The notes under the pieces are model-generated. The model had not been told where the DNA came from. It did not search any database and saw only the letters and a list, made by a program, of their open reading frames with translations. The translations under genes were made by a program, and so were the position numbers. This document shows positions 58,462 to 64,000 of a DNA stretch of 64,000 nt, piece after piece. Position 1 is the stretch's first letter. Every line of letters starts with the position of its first letter. The DNA is from Lentisphaeria bacterium (lineage in GTDB: Bacteria; Verrucomicrobiota; Lentisphaeria; Victivallales; UBA1829): assembly GCA_003526375.1 (NCBI GenBank), contig DPDG01000084.1:369-64368 (forward strand). Reading direction: 5' to 3'.

Positions 58462-60822
58462 GTGGTAATCACTGAAATTGAGGAAAAGCTTAGTCAGGAA
58501 CGGGGCTTCGGGTCCCGCTTCCCAGCCCGGATTATATTTGCCGAAAGTCTTGAGTCCTATTCTTTGCTCGAACGCCAGCTGAAGGCCATCTGCGATATCA
58601 CGATCAATGTTGCAGATTTTTGTAGTGCCTTGGATACAGTTCCTCAATTTGACCGGATCAAAGCGATACTGGAAGAACACGAGGGGAAACAGATATTATT
58701 GCTTTCTGTTGGTGAGTATCTCCGTCTGTGTATTAACCGTGAGTTAAATGCAGAACGTCGTCAATTTCTCTCATTTTGGGAGACGCAACAGGCAGAAACA
58801 TCGAGGACCAGAATCATCATGCCGATGTTCAGTTGTCGCGACATCTTCGACCGAGTCGCAGGTGCTATAGACGAGCGCCAGCAGGATTATATCTGGGTTC
58901 TTGACAGTGTGCCTCCCATTGAGCGTTATACTGTTTCCGTTTACTCTCCTCAATTTAAGGATGCAATCAAGCCCGACGCCAGGAATTTGACAGAATGGCT
59001 GCGTGATTGGCAGAAATTCCTCCTGAAAGATACATCCTGTTCAATAGTGACCAATCAAGAGAGAAATGCTGAGATCTCCTATGGCACAGTGAGTATCAGA
59101 CTGATCAATAGCCCGTTTGGCTACCTGGCGGGTCTTTTGGCAGAGGGAACTGCTCTTGTCGAAAAGTGGGAAAGCAATGAATTTTGGAGTCAAATGGTCA
59201 ATTATACCTCCCATTTTCACGACGGGGTTTCTTTTGCAAAGATAGTTCTTCATTCCCTGAATATCAAAACATTTGACTTCGTTTCGATAGTGACAAGATG
59301 GACTACCTTGAGCAAATTCCAAAAAGAACTCGTGTGGCTTTGGTATCGTGTGTTTCCGACAGAAGAATATTATTCCTATGCTTGCGAAAAAGCGGATTCT
59401 GCAGCGGATATCCCGGCTAAAATCAGAGACGAAATTCTACTGGTAGCCAGCAGGAGTCCTATATGGATCGAACAAAGGATGGCGGCAATGAAGGTTTTGA
59501 ATTTTCCTTCATTTGACGATGCTTATTTTGCGAAACTTGACAAACTTCCTCTTGCAGAAACGAAACTTCAGCTTTTGACCTATCAAACGCATGAGGAAAG
59601 AACCTTTGCCGTGAAAGTAATCAGTAATCTTTTGCGGAACGGAGCAGAGTCCGATGCCGTGGCTGACACTATTTCCGATGCTTATCCTGCGCTGGCAAGT
59701 TATATGAAAGATAACACTGGCTGTGACGAAGCATTGGATAAATATATGCGGTGGTACCGAAAGAACAAACTTATCAATCGGTATCCAGGTGATTATCCCG
59801 TTCCGATGACCTTTGATCGCTTCGATGCCCGTTTTAAGTTGATGCATCAGATGGAAGGCAAAGATTGTGTTGCTTTCTGGATCGACGGTTTTGGTGTGGA
59901 ATATGCTCCGCTCTTTCTGCATGAGCTGAAAGCGAGAGGAATAGAACCTGATTCGGTAAAAATTGCAACGGCGCTTCTCCCGACAGAGACGAGTTATAAT
60001 CACCAATGGGATGAGAATGATCCAATGACGCTGAAGTGGGATCGCTTGGATTCATGCTCTCATAAAGGTATGCCGGACGACAAAAGTTATTATTCTTGCA
60101 TTGTTCACCAACTTGCCGTTTTTGCCGAAGCCGCCGAAAAAGTCGAAAAACTTTTGGAAGAGCATAACTATGTGATTATCACAGGGGATCATGGTAGCAG
60201 CCGTTTTGCAGCGCTTGCATTTCATGATTCCAGCGTTGTCCCTGTGGCGCCCCCTCGTAAATCGACGATTAGGAGTTTTGGACGTTTTTGTGAACTTGAT
60301 GAAAAATCCATCGACATGATTCCACTCCCAGATACCAGCAAATTGATTGCTACAATTGGTGGCAAAACAGTTCTGGTCATGAACAACTATCAACATTTTG
60401 CTGTAGGTGGCAACATCGCTAGCGGGAATGCAGAAGACAATGATGTTGTCGGCGAAACCCATGGAGGAAATACGGCGGAGGAGCGTCTTGTTCCCGTCTT
60501 TGTAGTAAAAAAAGGAAAAAAACTTGTGCCGATTACTTGCAAACCGAAAAATCCATATGTGACCAAGAAAAATGGTCATGTAGAAACAATATTCTCATTC
60601 AGTCAGTCGATATTTACTCTTGAGGTCGCTCAAGGGAGCAAAAAAGCCGTTTGCACAGAAATTTCGGCAGGGGAATGGCAGATTGCCTTGGATAATGTGA
60701 CAACAGATGTAATTATTCTTTCTGTTATTGCAAACGGGAGACTCTTACCCAATGTCACGCTGAAAGTTAAAACCTCGGGTATCAGCAAGAACAGTGATCC
60801 GTTTGGAGATATGGGATCATGA
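58462..60822 (+). CDS. pglZ: PglZ-domain (alkaline-phosphatase superfamily) protein
   Basis: GTG at 58462 after an AAGGAGGGGAG RBS (track TTG 58441 is the alternative). PglZ core AFWIDGFGVEY...ITGDHGSSRF...ETHGG. Confidence 0.85.
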   Translation: MVITEIEEKLSQERGFGSRFPARIIFAESLESYSLLERQLKAICDITINVADFCSALDTVPQFDRIKAILEEHEGKQILLLSVGEYLRLCINRELNAERRQFLSFWETQQAETSRTRIIMPMFSCRDIFDRVAGAIDERQQDYIWVLDSVPPIERYTVSVYSPQFKDAIKPDARNLTEWLRDWQKFLLKDTSCSIVTNQERNAEISYGTVSIRLINSPFGYLAGLLAEGTALVEKWESNEFWSQMVNYTSHFHDGVSFAKIVLHSLNIKTFDFVSIVTRWTTLSKFQKELVWLWYRVFPTEEYYSYACEKADSAADIPAKIRDEILLVASRSPIWIEQRMAAMKVLNFPSFDDAYFAKLDKLPLAETKLQLLTYQTHEERTFAVKVISNLLRNGAESDAVADTISDAYPALASYMKDNTGCDEALDKYMRWYRKNKLINRYPGDYPVPMTFDRFDARFKLMHQMEGKDCVAFWIDGFGVEYAPLFLHELKARGIEPDSVKIATALLPTETSYNHQWDENDPMTLKWDRLDSCSHKGMPDDKSYYSCIVHQLAVFAEAAEKVEKLLEEHNYVIITGDHGSSRFAALAFHDSSVVPVAPPRKSTIRSFGRFCELDEKSIDMIPLPDTSKLIATIGGKTVLVMNNYQHFAVGGNIASGNAEDNDVVGETHGGNTAEERLVPVFVVKKGKKLVPITCKPKNPYVTKKNGHVETIFSFSQSIFTLEVAQGSKKAVCTEISAGEWQIALDNVTTDVIILSVIANGRLLPNVTLKVKTSGISKNSDPFGDMGS

Positions 60823-61022
60823 GACGGAAAAAAGTTGAATGCTGCGAGTGTCGCAAGACGTTAGTAAAGGATGAGGTTGCTTTGTGCAAAAAGTTACTCG
60901 CCACCGATACGGCAGTTTTTTACTGTATTGACTGCCTGGCTGCATATTTGGAGTGCACAAAGCAAGACCTTGAAATCAAAATACAGGAATTCAAAGAACA
61001 GGGTTGTGCCCTGTTTTTGTAA
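60819..61022 (+). CDS. 67-aa CxxC/CxxC mini-protein (zinc-ribbon-like)
   Basis: ATGA overlap with the pglZ stop. VECCECRK...FYCIDCLAAYLEC. Confidence 0.5.
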   Translation: MRRKKVECCECRKTLVKDEVALCKKLLATDTAVFYCIDCLAAYLECTKQDLEIKIQEFKEQGCALFL

Positions 61023-61036
61023 ATCAGGAGAAAATT

Positions 61037-62476
61037 ATGATGTTGGAAGATAAAATTCGCGATGTCTTCGGCGACATGGTCGTGCTGAAAAATCCGGAAC
61101 GGGCTGAATTTTTTAAGAATTTGAGCCTGCCTTCATATATGCGAGATTGGCTGGTCATGAAGTTTTCAAATGAAAATGGGGAAATTGATTACGACAATGT
61201 ACTCAGCTATATTCGGCAATATATCCCGAGTCGAGAGGATTATGAACAATTCAAGTTTGAAATGGTTAATGGTGAAACCGTTCGTTTTCTTGCAAGATTA
61301 CGTGTTGCTGTTGACATTAAAACAGGAAAGACCATGTTTGAATTGCCTGATTTTGGGGGAGCCAAGGCTGGTGCTGCTGGTGAGGTTACTAATGATGTTG
61401 TAAATAGATGGAAAGATACGCTTCTTAAAGAAAGCGAAAATTGGGGGGTTCTCGAGCTTATCTGGGGAAAGGATAGGGCAAAGGGAGTAGTAAAACTCAT
61501 TGGATACAGCCCATTTTGCCCCTATACTGTTAATTTGGACTATTATAAAGATGCAAGGAATTCATTTACGACAGAAGAATGGATTGATCTTCTTATCGCG
61601 GCTGCAGATTATAACCCGGAAGGTTACGAATCCGAAGCTCAAAAACTCTGTTTCCTCAGGCGACTGCTCCCCTTTGTGGAAAAGCGTATCAACCTCATGG
61701 AACTTGCGCCTAAAGGGACTGGGAAAAGTTATGTGTATCAAAAAATCAGCAAGCGAGGGTGGTTGATAACAGGAGGTACGGTCTCTCGTGCCTCTCTTGT
61801 CTATGATAATGCAAAAAAGACCGGAGGGCTTATTACTCGTTTCGACTTTGTCGGGTTTGATGAAATTCAGTCCATGTCGTTTGTGCAGCCAACGCAGATT
61901 CAGACCGCACTGAAGGATTACATGGAATTCGGCGAAGTTAAGGGATTCGACGCATCTGTTGTTGCCGGGGCAGGAATCATTGTGCTTGGTAATATTGATG
62001 CCAGCAGATTTAATACCAATGAGAATATGATGGTGGAAGTCAGTCCGATTTTCAAGGAATCGGCTTCATTGGATCGCTTTCACGGTTTTATTCCTGGCTG
62101 GGAACTTCCTCGTATGCACCAAGGTCTTGTCGCCAATGGTTGGGCTCTGAATACTGAGTATTTTGCGGAAGTTTTGCATCTCATGCGTGATGATCTGAGT
62201 TATGCTACAATTGTTGACGATTGCCTTCTTCTTCCACCAAAACCAGACCAGCGTGATCTGACTGCCATTACGCGGTTGTGTACCGCGTTTATGAAGTTGA
62301 TTTTCCCGAATGCAAAATGCAAAGAAGATATTTCACCAGAAGACTTTATAAAATATTGCCTGGAGCCGGCCAAAGAAATGCGCAGCGTGATAAAGAAGCA
62401 ACTTTGCATTATTGATCCAAAGGAATTCAATGTTCCTGGGAAGAAAGATATTCCTGATATTCGCTACAAGTATTGA
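61037..62476 (+). CDS. brxL: BrxL-like ATPase (Lon-related AAA+ core, short form)
   Basis: ATG at 61037 with an AGGAG RBS. N-terminal NLSLPSYMRDWLVMKF...GETVRFLARLRV as in BrxL. Walker A APKGTGKS and Walker B VGFDEIQ. 479 aa. Confidence 0.75.
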   Translation: MMLEDKIRDVFGDMVVLKNPERAEFFKNLSLPSYMRDWLVMKFSNENGEIDYDNVLSYIRQYIPSREDYEQFKFEMVNGETVRFLARLRVAVDIKTGKTMFELPDFGGAKAGAAGEVTNDVVNRWKDTLLKESENWGVLELIWGKDRAKGVVKLIGYSPFCPYTVNLDYYKDARNSFTTEEWIDLLIAAADYNPEGYESEAQKLCFLRRLLPFVEKRINLMELAPKGTGKSYVYQKISKRGWLITGGTVSRASLVYDNAKKTGGLITRFDFVGFDEIQSMSFVQPTQIQTALKDYMEFGEVKGFDASVVAGAGIIVLGNIDASRFNTNENMMVEVSPIFKESASLDRFHGFIPGWELPRMHQGLVANGWALNTEYFAEVLHLMRDDLSYATIVDDCLLLPPKPDQRDLTAITRLCTAFMKLIFPNAKCKEDISPEDFIKYCLEPAKEMRSVIKKQLCIIDPKEFNVPGKKDIPDIRYKY

Positions 62477-62486
62477 GGTGAGAATC

Positions 62487-63620
62487 TTGGCAAAGAATTA
62501 CATTTACGCCGATAATGCGGCGACCACCAAACTGGCTCCCGAAGCACTCGAAGCCATGATGCCGTTTCTCACCGATGAATACGGCAATCCGTCCAGTTTG
62601 TATTCCTTCAGCAGATCCGCGAAAAAGGCTTTAGCTGATGCCAGAGCTGTCATCGCCGAATGTATTGGAGCATCTCCGGAGGAGATCTTCTTCACCAGCG
62701 GCGGAACCGAAAGTGATAATTGGGCGATCAAAGGTTTTCTGCCGTATGGGAAGGTGATTGCATCTGCAATTGAGCACCATGCTGTTATGAATTCTCTTGC
62801 TTATTATGACCATTTTCAGCATGGTCCGGGCAAATTGCTGTCGGTAGACAAACGAGGAACTGTCTCCTTCAAATCGTTAGAAAATGCTCTTTCCCGCCGG
62901 GTGGCATTGGTGTCGGTTATGCTGGCTAATAATGAAATCGGAACCATCGAACCGGTCAGGGAACTGGCTGCAATGACTCATGAGTATGGCGCGGCGTTTC
63001 ATACTGATGCCGTTCAGGCCGTCGGTCATATTCCCGTAAATGTCGGAGCTCTTGGTGTTGATTTACTTTCCGCCTCGGCACACAAATTTCATGGGCCCAA
63101 GGGAATCGGGTTCCTTTATTGCAAGAAAGGAGACCCCTTGGAAAGATTTCTGGATGGCGGACAACAGGAAGCCGGGATGCGCGCAGGCACGGAAAATGTT
63201 GCTGCCATCGTTGGTATGGCGACTGCGTTGAGACTCTGCTGCGAAAGAATGAACGAAGTTACTGCCCGTTTGACCGAGATGACCAGCTGTTTCAGTAAAA
63301 TAATCAATGCCAACATTCCTGAAGCAACATTCAACGGAGACTCGGAACATCGTCTGCCGGGTCACATCAGCCTGTCCATCCCTGGTATTTCAGGAGAAGC
63401 TCTGATGCATGTCCTCGATTTGAAAGGTATCGCCGTATCGACGGGTGCAGCCTGCGATTCCCGTTCGACCAAAATTTCAGACGTGTTGAAAGCGATCAGG
63501 CTGCCGGTGAAACTGGCGAAGGGGACCATCCGAATCACTTTGGGAGCGTATAATACCGTGGATCAGGCACAATATATCGCCGACAAAATCGTTGAATACT
63601 TCAGGAACGTCTCAAAATGA
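62487..63620 (+). CDS. class V aminotransferase-fold cysteine desulfurase (NifS/IscS/DndA-like)
   Basis: TTG at 62487 (or GTG at 62478) after a GAGGTG RBS, 1-10 nt past the brxL stop. YADNAATT, TSGGTESDN, PLP-lysine SAHKFHGPKG, and active-site loop STGAACDS. Confidence 0.9.
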   Translation: MAKNYIYADNAATTKLAPEALEAMMPFLTDEYGNPSSLYSFSRSAKKALADARAVIAECIGASPEEIFFTSGGTESDNWAIKGFLPYGKVIASAIEHHAVMNSLAYYDHFQHGPGKLLSVDKRGTVSFKSLENALSRRVALVSVMLANNEIGTIEPVRELAAMTHEYGAAFHTDAVQAVGHIPVNVGALGVDLLSASAHKFHGPKGIGFLYCKKGDPLERFLDGGQQEAGMRAGTENVAAIVGMATALRLCCERMNEVTARLTEMTSCFSKIINANIPEATFNGDSEHRLPGHISLSIPGISGEALMHVLDLKGIAVSTGAACDSRSTKISDVLKAIRLPVKLAKGTIRITLGAYNTVDQAQYIADKIVEYFRNVSK

Positions 63621-64000
63621 AAACTTATAAACAAATAATATCCGAGGTCGGGCAGATAGGTTATGAGTATGCTGCAGACATTGAAAGATGGTATAAAGAA
63701 GACGGATTACCTCTTGACGAAATGAGTCATTCTGAGCTTTTTGATTATTTTACAGCTGGAGGAGACGCATTCCCGGAACAAGCTTGGTCTTGGGCTGGAG
63801 AGTATGAGTGGATTAATGATGACGGAACAATTCATTATTTGGATGAATGTGGTAATATTAAAGATGGCACTGCTGACGAGTTGGAAGATACCTTTAATAC
63901 TGCAATCAGACGGTATATAAACGAACACTATTCCAAGCTTATGGTTGCTGATGATTATAAATTGCGAGTGGAACATAATTTTGTAGGTAATAAATTCAAA
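63617..64000 (+). CDS. acidic hypothetical protein, 3' end outside the window
   Basis: The ATG at 63617 overlaps the desulfurase stop (ATGA). The frame stays open for 128 codons to the window edge (MKTYKQIISEVGQIGYEYAADIERWYKEDGLPLDEMSH...). It is not in the ORF track because it has no stop. Confidence 0.5.
   Translation, partial: MKTYKQIISEVGQIGYEYAADIERWYKEDGLPLDEMSHSELFDYFTAGGDAFPEQAWSWAGEYEWINDDGTIHYLDECGNIKDGTADELEDTFNTAIRRYINEHYSKLMVADDYKLRVEHNFVGNKFK

Noticed and set aside
1-64000. CRISPR arrays, rRNA genes, retron/DGR-type reverse transcriptases, and a BREX methyltransferase (pglX)
   Set aside because: I looked for regularly spaced repeats, rRNA-like conserved blocks, RT motifs (YxDD) and SAM-methyltransferase motifs in the ORF translations and saw none. 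A by-eye scan cannot exclude short or degenerate examples.

Overview
This is a bacterial chromosomal window with two very different halves. All calls come from reading the sequence and ORF track and from motif recall. No homology search was run.

(1) nt 1 to about 33.1 kb is ordinary core genome. It holds secreted glycan-utilisation genes (CBM-like, DUF4838-like, GH20-like, BNR/sialidase-like) interleaved with prepilin-type DUF1559/H-X9-DG proteins and an AraC regulator. It also holds queD, pdxA, aroE, glgP, GTP-dependent PEPCK, birA plus the Na+-oxaloacetate decarboxylase genes oadG/A/B, a dus gene, an orphan GspE/PilB-like ATPase, carA and an OmpR/HisKA two-component pair. The pilin-like and DUF4838 content suggests a PVC-group host (Lentisphaerota, Verrucomicrobiota or Planctomycetota-like). 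That host assignment is inference only.

(2) From tRNA-Ala(GGC) (33152-33228) to the window end lies a mosaic accessory island. In order it contains:
- a complete 1830-bp IS with 5-bp target duplications
- a phd/doc-type toxin-antitoxin pair
- a large serine recombinase with a DUF2924 partner
- a HARE-HTH protein
- a PrimPol/DUF3987 replication protein
- its own sigma-70 family factor
- a WYL regulator divergent from an unknown Cys-rich cassette
- hipBA
- a tightly packed plus-strand operon (49286 to beyond 64000)

The operon is the headline. It has the BREX type 4 gene set, brxP (PAPS-reductase PP-loop) - brxC - pglZ - brxL, and I could not find a methyltransferase in it. It also carries extra genes:
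- a leading 861-aa zinc-ribbon protein
- a 2x[4Fe-4S] ferredoxin module fused into BrxP
- a 67-aa CxxC mini-protein coupled to pglZ by an ATGA overlap
- a NifS/DndA-like cysteine desulfurase wedged directly after brxL and ATGA-coupled to a further ORF

I read this as a candidate sulfur-inserting (phosphorothioation-like) BREX variant. This is a hypothesis, not a demonstrated function.
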